This document shows, piece by piece, positions 1 through 11,212 of a stretch of DNA of 64,000 bases. The stretch spans positions 207,762,001 through 207,826,000 of the forward strand of contig OZ024740.1 in NCBI GenBank assembly GCA_964016885.1, written 5' to 3'. How positions within the stretch are numbered: the first letter of the stretch is position 1; every line of letters starts with the position of its first letter. Below the pieces are notes generated by a model. That model saw only the letters and a list, made by a program, of their open reading frames with translations. It was not told where the DNA came from and ran no database searches. Made by a program: the position numbers and the translations under genes. Origin of the DNA: Eledone cirrhosa. Its lineage: Eukaryota.

Positions 1-59
1 CCAGTCCTACCGAACTTTTATATATTATGCAATTATCTTATTCGTGATCTACTTTCTGT

Positions 60-180
60 TAACTTTGCTCGCAAAATCTGTCCAGCGACTCTTTCCTTAG
101 ACATTCTAACCCTATCTCTGTAGTACTGGAGCTGTGGTCTCTCTAACCCTATCTCTGTAGTACTGGAGCTGTGGTCTCTC
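60..180 (-). mobile_element. Small LINE RT C-terminal fragment with a local ~38-bp duplication
   Basis: Similar to 63735-63810; ctaaccctatctctgtagtactggagctgtggtctctc occurs twice. Confidence 0.45.
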
Positions 181-609
181 TATAGATACATTCGATACGT
201 AGATACATCGATACATTAAACAGAGTACTCAAAGCAATTGAGGAATTAATAAGAAACTGTAATCCAAAAGCAAAAAGTCGGGTCAGCTATTATGGTTGAT
301 GTAAACGTTACTACTGTGGCATTATTTTTGTTCGACGACACGCAGGACATTTACTATATCACAAAAGACAAACGCCTAGTTTATAAGACAAACGCCTAGT
401 TTATGTAATATAGCTTAAGTTATATATTTAGAAATAGATAAAATAGCTGTAGCCATTTGCGATAACGTTGTTTATCCACTTATCGAATGATATCAGTGAA
501 TATTTACGAAACCAGCATTTAGAATATTACGATGACATGTAAGTGGGGAAAATATACATACCGACTGTAGTAGTGTTTACTGACTTTATATCAGTGATTT
601 CTTACTCAC

Positions 610-1257
610 CATACACACACACTTCCACACTACTACACCGCCACACACAGAGTCACACACACACATTCTCTCTCTCTTCCACAACACTTACACCTTCACA
701 CACACACACACTCTTCCACACTACTACACAGTCACACAGTCACACACACACACACACATACACACTCTTCCACAACACTACACCATCACACACACACACT
801 CTTCCACACTACTACACAGTCACACAGTCACACACACACACACACTCTTCCACAACACTACACCATCACACACACACACTCTTCCACACTACTACACAGC
901 CACACAGAGTCACACACACACACTCTTCCACACTACTACACAACCACACAGAGTCACACACACACACACTCTTCCACACTACTACACAGCCACACAGAGT
1001 CACACACACACACTCTTCCACACTACTACACAACCACACAGAGTCACACACACACACACACACACACTCTCTCTCTCTCTTCCACAACACTGCACCATCA
1101 CACACACACACACACACTCTTTCACACTACTACCGTCACACACACACACATACAGAGTCGCACACATTCACACACCACACATACACACTCTTCCACACTA
1201 CTATCCCCTCACACACACACACACACATACACACTTCTATACTACTACCGTCACACA

Positions 1258-1320
<63 letters not shown>

Positions 1321-1465
1321 ACACACTTCACACTACTACACCATCACATGCACACGCACACACACACACTTCTACACTACTACACCGTCACATACACACA
1401 CACGTACGCACAAACACACACAGAGTCACACATACAAGCACCCATACACACACAAACACACACAC
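610..1465. repeat. CA-rich compound minisatellite (cacacactcttccacactactacac units)
   Basis: Direct inspection; explains the His/Thr-rich ORFs. Confidence 0.9.
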
Positions 1466-1705
1466 AGTTTTCCATTCTTCTCTCAATATCTGTTTCTTTC
1501 AGTTCTTTATTTTCCTCGTTCGAAACATTGCAGCTGTGGTATTAAAGTTTCTATATATACCCCCCCCCCCCACCTCCTGAAACTTTGCTGCTTCATTCCT
1601 CACAACAAATCAACTTGCGACAAAATATCTTTCATCTTTGACAAGTTTTATTTTTTAATTTCGAGTGCTTTGTTTTTCAGTTTAGGCCTCACTATATTAT
1701 TACTA

Positions 1706-2530
1706 CTTACGGGGTCGATAAAATAAAGTACCAGTAATGTACTGGGTAATTTGATGGCCTTGTGCCAAAAGTAGAAACAATTATTACTATTGGCAGATTG
1801 GCAGTATTAGTAGAGGGTCGGACGCCATGCTTTTCAACATAGAGTTACGGTCCCTTACTGTGTGAGTTCAAATCCCGCCGAGGTTAAATTTGCTTTTCAT
1901 CCTTACGAGGTCGATAAAATAAAGTACCAGTAATGCACTGGGATAAATGCTGACCTTGTGCCAAAAGTAAGAACCATTATGCGGTGGATTGGCAGTATCG
2001 GTAGAGGGTCGGACGCCATGCTTTGGCGCATAGAGTTACGGCCCTTGCCATTCTGAGTTCAAATCCCGCCGAGGTTAACTTTGCCTTTCATCCTTACGGG
2101 GTCGATAAAATAAAGTACCAGTAATGCACTGGGTAATTGCTGGCCTTGTGCCAAAAGTAGAAGCAATTATTATTAAGGGTGGTAGGGCGGCAGTTTGACA
2201 GTATCGGTAGAGTGTTTGACAACATGCTTTGCGGCATATAGTTACGGTGCTTTATGTTCTGAATTCATATCCCGCCGAAGTTAGCTTTGCCTTTCATCTT
2301 TATGGGGTCGATAAAATATAGTACAAGTAATCCACTGGGTCGTTTTAATCGACTTTCCCGTCTCCCAAAATTGCTGACCTTGTGATAAATCAGAAGCCAT
2401 TATTATTAAGGGCGATCGATTGGCAGTATCAATAGAGCGTCAGACAATATGCTTTGTGGCATACAATTATGGCCCTTTACGTTCTAAATTCAAATGCTGC
2501 CGAGGTTAGCTTTGCTTTTCATCCTTACAA
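1706..2530 (+). mobile_element. Tandem cluster of tRNA-derived SINEs (Nin-domain-like core)
   Basis: Repeated gagttcaaatcccgccgaggttaactttgcctttcatccttacggggtcgataaaataaagtaccag with B-box-like GAGTTCAAATCC. Confidence 0.85.
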
Positions 2531-2533
2531 GAT

Positions 2534-2637
2534 CTTCAGTATATTTTTTAGATATTTATAAATAAATCAGCTGGTAATCAATGTTTATCGTTGATTGCCA
2601 GCTGAATTATTTATAAAAATATAAAAATATACTGAAG
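2534..2637. repeat. Imperfect ~104-bp palindrome
   Basis: cttcagtatattttt...cagctggtaatcaa / ttgattgccagctg...aaaaatatactgaag. Confidence 0.75.
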
Positions 2638-3408
2638 CAAAAACCAAACAGTGAGTCTGTTTTACTATTTTTGGCAATATTAGGATAACATGACCCTCCC
2701 CAAATATAATTTTAATATGTCATTATACGAAATTAAACGTGAAAATGTATTCATACTTAAACATATAACACATTTTCATTAAATTTTATTAATCTTCTGG
2801 GGCCATAGAATGGCTCCACGCACTGGGGGTTATGTAAAACCCACTTTAGAAAACACTTGTCTATATTATATCATATGTTTTTTCAGCTGTTTTAATATCA
2901 ATAACACAAATATTGTTCTGCTGTAATGAATAGTTATTATTGTATCAGAGACATTGTTCTAGTTCTTTCAGTATGTTATATGTCATTGGTAAGACCTGGG
3001 GTGCCACTAACAAGCTATTTCGGTGGCGAAATCTAGACTTCCAGAGAACATGAAAATGAACATCTTTCAAGTAACTGTTACCTCTATTCTATTGTATTAG
3101 CAGACACAGTGTTCTATTTCTTTGACTAGATTCTATGTCATTATACATCAAAAACATTCTGCTGTTCCACTGTTCCACTCATCTTCTCATCTTTTGGTTA
3201 CCTACTGTTTTCAATACCCATATTACTTTCACACATACATGTCTCTCCCTCTCTCTATCCATCTATCATCTATCTATTTATCTCCCTATATTTCTAGCAG
3301 CTATCTTTCTATCTACCTATCTATCTATGAATCACCTATCTATGTACCTATCTTTCTAGCATCTATCTATCTAACTATCCATCTATCTACCTAACAACAA
3401 TAACCACC

Positions 3409-3451
<43 letters not shown>

Positions 3452-3466
3452 GTGTTTATTATCATT

Positions 3467-3815
3467 ACGTTCTGAGTTCAAATCCCGCCGAGGTTAGCTT
3501 TGCCTTTCATCCTTACGGGGTCGATAAAATAAAGTACCAGTAATGCATTGGGGTTGATTTAATCGTCTTTCCCTTTCCCCAAAAATTGCTGGCCTTGTGC
3601 CTAAATCAGAAACCAATGATATTATTATCTTTCAATTGGCAATATCGGTAGAGGGTCGGACGCCATGCTTTGGCGCATAGAGTTACGGCCCTTGCCATTC
3701 TGAGTTCAAATCCCGCCGAGGTTAACTTTGCCTTTCATCCTTACGGGGTCGATAAAATAAAGTACCAGTAATACACTGACTAATTGCTGGCCTTGTGCTA
3801 AATGTAGAAACAATT
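3467..3815 (+). mobile_element. SINE copies immediately upstream of the exon
   Basis: Same family as 1706-2530. Confidence 0.85.
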
Positions 3816-3827
3816 ATTATCTTTCAG

Positions 3828-3977
3828 ATAATGCTTTATTGTGATTTACATGGCCATAGCAGGAAACACAACGTATTTATGTACGGAAACAATACCTGTG
3901 ACTATGGGGATTCTGGGATAGCTGGTGCCAAATCTTTCCTCAGTGACAGACTCTTTCCATGGATCACAGCTCTACAG
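3828..3977 (+). CDS. AGBL2: Internal exon of cytosolic carboxypeptidase (M14D, CCP2/CCP3-like tubulin deglutamylase)
   Basis: ctttcag|ATA...CAG|gtcagt, 150 bp, phase 0-0. Encodes IMLYCDLHGHSRKHNVFMYGN...DRLFPW, matching the CCP motif LYCDxHGHSRKxNxFxYG that carries a Zn-ligand His. AGBL2 versus AGBL3 is not resolvable, and no other exons were confidently found. Confidence 0.85.
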
Positions 3978-3996
3978 GTCAGTTTCATTCTTATTT

Positions 3997-4375
3997 ATAA
4001 TTGTTTCTACTTTTGGCACAAGGCCAGCAATTACCCAGTACATTACTGGTACTTTATTTTATCGACCTCGTAAGGATGAAAGGCAAAGTCAGCCTCAGCG
4101 AGATTTGAACTCAGATCGTTAAGGGACGTAACTATGCTGGAAAGCATGGCGTCCCACCCTCTACCAATACTGCCAATCCACCGCCTTATAATTGTTTCTA
4201 CTTTTGGCACAAGGCCAGCAATTACCCAGTACATTACTGGTACTTTATTTTATCGACCCCGTAAAGGATGAAAGGCAAAGTTGACCTCGGCGGAATTTGA
4301 ACTCAGAATGGCAAGGGCCGTAAGTCAATGCGTCAAAGCATGGCGTCCGACCCTCTACCGTTCCAAACCTCGGCG
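3997..4375 (-). mobile_element. Two SINE copies in inverted orientation downstream of the exon
   Basis: Reverse complement of the same SINE core. Confidence 0.85.
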
Positions 4376-4647
4376 TTATAATGAAACCTATTTCATCTCT
4401 CACTCTATCTATCTATCTATCTACCTATCTATCTATCTCTGGGATGGACACATGCGTGAAACTTGCTGGGTAAGTTCTGTCTAAATTTCTATAGAAATTC
4501 TTAACTGTCAACCTTCATTTTTATACCAATTTGTAGAGGGACTGCCAGGTCAAATTTTGATCTGGCCAGTCTTTCAAAATAGTCTACGCCTTTAGACGAA
4601 ATAGTTCATAGAATCATTTTTGGAAAAACTAACATTTAAAAAAAAAA

Positions 4648-6368
4648 ATGGCTGAAGTTTCTTCACCAACATTCGAAGGAGGAAAGGGGAAGATATGCTT
4701 ACAGCTTCCCCCTACCACTGTCATAGTAGCAGATGTCAAAGACAAAGGTCAGCAAGAGGAAGGATTTTCTGTACCTGCTGACCGACAACTTGACGTTGCC
4801 ATGGCAACAAACCAAAAGCAAAGGTGTGAAACAATGAACAACAACAACACAACCAGTGGCACCAGCAACAACAACAACAATGCTATGAACGAAAACAACA
4901 CCAATAACAATAACAATAACAATAACAACAACAACAAGACCAATAACTGCAACAAGGAAGTAAACGACAAAATATCGTTTGCGCAAACCGTAAAGAAAAC
5001 GGCAAGCTACACTCCGGTAGATATTTCAAATGCAAATGAGCTTTTGAATAACGCCAGACAGTACATAACTTTTGGGGATCATTCTCCATAAACTCTCCCC
5101 CAGATTTGCGAAGAGAAGCTGCTTTGAAAAGTGTGGTTTTCAGGACAGTCTCAAACAAAACTCGAAAACCGACTCAACTTTCACAAGGCGAAATTGAGTT
5201 GGTTTTAGAAGATGCCTTAAAAGACATTGCTTTCATTCAGAAGGGTAGACTCTACGGGAGTTTATCCATTCTGATGAAAGACCAACTGACGGCACAGAAA
5301 TATTCTGTGTCGCCAATTGTGTCACCGTTGTTCACCTTTTCCCCCACTTACATGGGGAAAAGCACACAGAAAATAAAAATCCAGAGTATCACACCAAATA
5401 TTGATATTTGGTGGGTACTATGTGGATTTTTAAACCTCGAAAAAGACAAAATAATATAGGTAAGTAAGTCCTCCGGCGACCTGTTCAGCGGAACTAGCCT
5501 GGAAATTCTGGTCCAAATGACACCAGAACGAATAGCTAGGATCTCGGAACGTGTGCTGCTGGATGGGCTTATATACATAAACATTTCGGTCGAGGGTAGG
5601 CGGCCCTCATGTTACTACTGCCTAAGCAGGGGTCACCTGAGAGCTTCCTGTCCTCGGCTAACTAGCCAAAAAAAGGCATTACTGCCAACACCTGCAACAC
5701 CAGCACAACAATCACCACCACCACCACCACCACCACCACCACCACCACCACCACCACAACAACAACAACAACAACAACATAAAAAAATAGTGACAGCAAA
5801 ACAAGTGACAAACACAATCCCACCAAACCCCTCCCCACCTAAAACAACTCCAGAAACACCCACACACATTAGAGCTCCCCAAAATGTACTCCCCCCCCCC
5901 AACAACACGGATGAGGAAGAGCCTTTCCGACCAGTAAAAAGAAAAAAGAAAAGACATAAGACAAACAAAAATGCAACAAACACACAAACACCAACACAAG
6001 CGACGCAAACAGCACAAACAAAAACACCCCCTCCTGAAAACAAAACACCTACTACAAAGCCTAAACACACACAAGAACCACAGACAAAAAGCAACACAAC
6101 ACAACAAAAATGTTACACCTACATAAATACTAACAACAAAACTTTAACAGACACCATATATAAAAACCCTTCGGTGGAGACCGAAGGGAAAACTTTTACA
6201 CACTCTCCGGAGAATCCTAATCTTAAAGTGATTAGGATCTCCATGGACACACATAAACAGTTAAAAGAAAAATTTCCTAACGACGTAGGTAACCCCTGCG
6301 TCAAACCCTATAACCGCGTCCTTTTGAAATGTTTCTCCACCATCCCCAGACACCACCACCACACCTGA
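4648..6368 (+). pseudogene. LINE ORF1 (gag-like, CCHC knuckle), frameshifted with a premature stop
   Basis: ORF pieces 4648-5091, 5106-5459, 5517-6368; CYYCLSRGHLRASC knuckle; SFAQTVKK motif. Confidence 0.8.
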
Positions 6369-6529
6369 CACCCTCTCCCCACCAAACATCTCCGTCCCCA
6401 CCCCGCCAGAGACCACCACCCCACCAAACAACCCCTTCAACACCCCCATGGAAATTGTGCAGCCTGGTACCCAGGAGACGAAGAGGTGAGTGATTTCTTT
6501 TCCTCTTCTTTTAACTTTTCAGCACCAAC

Positions 6530-9500
6530 ATGGCCAATATAAGAGTTGGATGTGTGAATGTACGCGGCCTGGGGATGCCCTGGAAACAGGGCAAACTCTT
6601 AAACGACCTCAGGTCGCACAGTATGGATGTAGTAGCCATTTGCGAGTCCAGGATCCTCAGCAAGTGACAACTGGCCCCTATCTTCGACGACTTTGAGATC
6701 TACGCATCTCTCTGTCAGCGGGGGGTGGGGGGTCCCTTTTTGCTGCGGAAACACCTGGACCTCGTAACACAGACGGTACATCTGGACCCGGAGGGTCGAC
6801 TGGTGGTCCTAGACGTTGACGGTAGTGAAGGTGGAGCCTTCAGGCTTGTGGCCGCATATGCCCCATCCGGGTCACCGCGGCCAGACTTCTTCAAACGTCT
6901 AGAGACGTTTCTGAGAACGTCCCGCTCCCTGCTGTTAGTGGGGGGACTGGAATGGAATCCTAGATGCACGTTGGGACTATGTGGGAGCATGTCCTGATAG
7001 AGTGGGTGTAACAGCCTCAAACAGTTAATGGGCCGATTTGACCTGGCCGATAGATATCGACTAGATTTTCCGACAGTGCTACTATGGACGTGGGCTAATC
7101 GCAGCGGAACATCTAGATCGTGCCTAGATATGGTTCTAGTTAGAAAGAAGGATAGGGACATGTTAAGCTGTTCACAAATGTTCATGGTTGCCTATTCAGA
7201 TCACAAATTAGTGACATGCTTAGTCAACCTTGACAAAACCCATAGACAGGGACCCGGCTACTGGAAACTGAACTTGTCGTTAGCGACATGCAAAGCCTAC
7301 AGTAGACGGATTAGCACTTTAGTTAAGCAGCACTTGACGGGGGCCATTGTCAACAACAGATAGTGGTACTCTCTCAAGAGGGTAGTTAGATTAGACTCGA
7401 AAGGTTTTAGTCAAGAATTAGTGTTAGATAGAAATAAGACCGAAAAGGAACTGGTAGATAAAGTAGAAGAGGCACTTAGAAGTGGCAACATAGCCAGCGT
7501 ACTAGCGACGAGAACGGCATTGAACCAGTTCTGCGACGCAAAGCATGAACGCTGCGTTGTCAGAAGCAAAATACGTGCTCTGAGAAACGAGGGAGCTAAA
7601 GCTGTTAGCTGGGCCCGAGTGACGGAGCAAAAAGGTGGCAACAAGTCCACAATTCGGTCTTTGAAGGACCAAGACGGACGCGTGATACGTGAGCCGAAGC
7701 AGATGTGCGCGGCCTTTCAGCGGCACTTTGTTCAACTGTTCGGGCAGGGCGGCGCACTGGGAGGGGCTATGGATTTCGGTCCATACCTCGACGGCCTACC
7801 GCGACTCTCGGACAGCGAGGCGAAGTTCTGCGAAAGGCCGATTTCGGCTGCTGTGATAGGGGACGCGCTGAGCCAATGCGGCAAACGCAAATCCCCAGGT
7901 CTCGACGGTCTACCCTACGAATTTTACGTAGCAATTCCGGACTTGTTCTCCGGTCTCCTGGAAGCGGTCTACTGCAACTGGCAGCAGAACGGGAGAATTC
8001 CCAGTTCTGTCACTGAGGGCGTAGTCACGTTAGTCAGGAAGGACGAGAATAAGGGGGGGATGACATAGGCCACTTCCGGCCCATAACTCTGCTCAACACA
8101 GAGTTACAGATTTTGGCCAAGGTGTTGGCAAAGCGGCCGGCGCTTGTCGTCGAAAATCTTGTAGAAGAAGCGCAGACATGCGCAATCCCGACCAGGTCCA
8201 TACACGACAACCTCCACCTCATGCGATACATCATAGAGAGGGTTGGGTGTAAACCCGGCTTCGCTGGAGCCCTGATCAACTTGGATCAGTCTAAGGCTTT
8301 CGATAGGGTTGACCATCGTTACCTGAATGCGGTGCTTGAGGTAGAAGGCTTCGGATCCGTGTTCAGGGGCTGGATTGCTGCAATGCACAGCAGTAACATC
8401 TGCTCAAGGGTCAAGGTGAACGGCTACTTCTCGGAGCCGTTTCATATCTCGCAATCCATCCGACAGGGATGCCCTCTCTCCTCCCTTCTGTACGTACTGA
8501 CTCTCGAGCCACTACTGCGGAAGTTGGAGCTATTGCAGAGCCTCCCTTTGGAACCAAGACTGCGAAAAGCGGCGTGACAGTAATGACAGTAATGACAGTA
8601 ATGGTGTCGAGCAGCTCGAAAATCGGGGAGGTCGGCACCTTACTGGAGGAATACGGAAAGTTCACAGGAACGAAGATGAACCGGGACAAATCCGTCGGTT
8701 TGCAACTCGGAACGTGGAGAGGCAAACCGATGCCTTCCGATGGCGTCGTCGGACGCTGGACGGAAGGACCGGTAAAGCTGCTCGGGGTCTGGTTTGGTCC
8801 GAACCTCCAGGTGGAGAAGAACTGGAACGAGGTGACGGCCAAGGTGTTTGCGCTTACCCAGAAGTGGGCCGAGGGCAAACTATCCTTGAAAGGTCGAGCG
8901 GAGGTGGCGAACACTTTTATAGCGTACGTCATCTACTACCGCTTGACCGTCGTGCCTTGTCCAGCCAAAACGCTCACCAAAATGGAGCGCGCGCTCTTCC
9001 AATTCCTTTGGAAAAAACGGGCTCCTTTGCTGAGAAGATCCATCTGTTGCCAAAACCCTTCAAACGGAGGGCTGAGGTTGCCCTGGCTGACGATGCGCAA
9101 ACACGCGCTCAGGCTGCGGCACCTCCACGTATTCCTCACCGGACAACCGGTGTGGGCCCCGTTCGTGAGGCGAGCCTTCCCACGACACGTCTCGCTGACC
9201 GAGCTGCAGTCCTGGGTCAAGCAAAGACCGAGGAAAATAGGCGACTGGCATATCGAATGTGCTCAGGCGCTCACAGTCCTCTGGCAAACGGACCCGGCGA
9301 TCAGTGGAGATTCCACTTCGACATTCTATAGAGGGTTGGTCCGCAGCAAGTGCAACGACGCGCTCGGAGAAACTCTAGGCGTAGAGGAGGACGAACTGGC
9401 CAGTCTGTTCGGTAGGACCTTCCGCCTGGGACCAATGGACAACTTCCAAAAGTCCCTGGCCTGGCAGTGCTACCGAGGAGCTCTACCAGTTCGAGACAAG

Positions 9501-9912
9501 CTCTACAGACACGGGCGAGGAAACCGTCGCGCGCGCATTTGTACACTGCCCGGGCGTTACCGACCTATGGAGCTATGTAGAACGACTATTGTCGCGGATG
9601 GGACCAATCCAGTTGAACACCGAGTCCATTGTCATGATCAAACCGCCACCCTCCTTCAAAAACGAGGGAGAGGCGGTTTTCCTATGTATTATGGCTATGG
9701 TGAAAGAGGTTATATAGTGGACGAGATTAAAAGGGCTGAGGTCAGACACCTTTCTCTCCAGCGAGCAACTGATTCGTTTTTTCAAATATCATTTTGGAAG
9801 AAGAATCAAGATGGAGAGAGAGGTGCTGTACCCCAGCAAATTTTATAAAAGGTGCGTGAATGTGGCAAAGATGGCCCGAGTAGTTGGGCCTTCTCTCTAT
9901 ATAAGCCTGTAG
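6530..9912 (+). pseudogene. LINE ORF2 (APE endonuclease + reverse transcriptase), disrupted
   Basis: MANIRVGCVNVRGLG, YSDHKLV, GPGYWKLN, KSPGLDGLPYEFY, LDQSKAFDRVDH, IRQGCPLS; several frameshifts and stops; YADD missing. Confidence 0.92.
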
Positions 9913-10869
9913 GTTGAGGAAAAAGAGGAAGATAGGAAGGGAGTACTCATTCTTGGTGCTCCTGGAGATGAGGGTTGTACATTTGTTCGGGGTGTGTACA
10001 ACCCCTGTGTAACGCCTCCCCCTATTGGGGATTTCAATTGTTATTTGTTATTTTATTAATGTTGTGCCCTTGTGGCTAATAAAGAAATTTATTTATCTAT
10101 CTATCTATTTATCAATAACTCTCTGTTCCTTCCCAACAATAATTTCTTTTACGTATAAATTCCAATATATTCCAATATAACTTATTACAGATGGAGAGAG
10201 CAGCGGATGTGATTTCCTTCGATATTTAGTGATAAAGGAAGGGAGATTCCACGATTCATCTCTAAATAGCCCAGATGAAAGTCATTGTAATGAGTGAAAC
10301 TCTGAGGAAATATAATTAGATTGATACTACTTGACTATCCTTACGGATTCTAGTCCCCCTTTCTCTTTACTTCCCCCACAACTTATCAATTCTTTTGTTC
10401 TGATCAATCATTATTGATATCAACTATTAATTTAACTTCCTTTCTTTCATTCTCACTCTCACATAGTTTGTCTGTGTCTCTGTATCCTTTTATTTTCCAC
10501 CCACCTCACTCCAGTCCTGCTTTCTCACATATCTTCTGCCACAAGTCATTCGGATTCCCATCCCATCCTATCCTCAGTTTTATTTCCCTGAAGCTGCTGC
10601 AAACTTTGACCATCTTTTCCTACAATTGTTCATCTTCCTATATTGTACATCTGCCACACTACTACACTGTCTCACACACATTGTTCCAACTTCCACCACA
10701 ACATCTATTCCCTCTACATCACAATTTCAGCTCTTCAATTTTTTCATTCGCAACATTGCGACTGTAATATTAAGGTTTCCGAGGAGAAAGAATTCCAAAA
10801 CCTTGGTGTCACACTCCTCATAGTAAATGAACTAACTCTAACATATCTATCAACTTTCATATATATATA

Positions 10870-10938
<69 letters not shown>

Positions 10939-11167
10939 CGTTTCTGAATTTGTTTAGCAAGATTCTTTATCTGAAATCGTGTGTTGAAACCGATATTGTT
11001 ATACTTTGGGAGGGTCATGTTGCCAATAAGAAACACACGCACCAGTTGCTTTCACTTCAATTTATTATATATTTATAAATTTATAAATTTACAAATCTAC
11101 AAACTTATAAATTATAAATTTCTGGTTGGTTGGTTGGTTCCACAACCAGATAGTTGTTTATATATAT

Positions 11168-11212
11168 AGTCATAGTCCTTTCGTCACACACTCTGTGACC
11201 TCTTCAGTGACT
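11168..11212 (-). ncRNA. Type I hammerhead ribozyme at the PLE 3' end
   Basis: Minus strand: agtca CTGAAGA g gtcac-agagtgt-gtgac GAAA ggac TA^ tgact. Confidence 0.75.

Larger units (their letters stand above)
4441..10087 (+). mobile_element. Near full-length, inactivated Tx1/L1-clade LINE
   Basis: ORF1 + ORF2 (APE, RT, C-terminal domain); 3' end gtggctaataaagaaa; flanked on both sides by (CTAT)n. Confidence 0.9.

Noticed and set aside
543-1580. 345-aa His/Thr-rich ORF and the many YI/CV/HT/poly-V ORFs across the window
   Set aside because: Translations of CA, TA, CATA and GTT microsatellites
2972-2988. 17-nt micro-exon (ctttcag|...|gtaaga) upstream of the CCP exon
   Set aside because: The translation does not resemble the expected CCP linker; could be chance splice-like sites
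6486-6522. 37-nt GT-AG intron by itself
   Set aside because: Too short for typical metazoan splicing; only the acceptor was retained as a hypothesis
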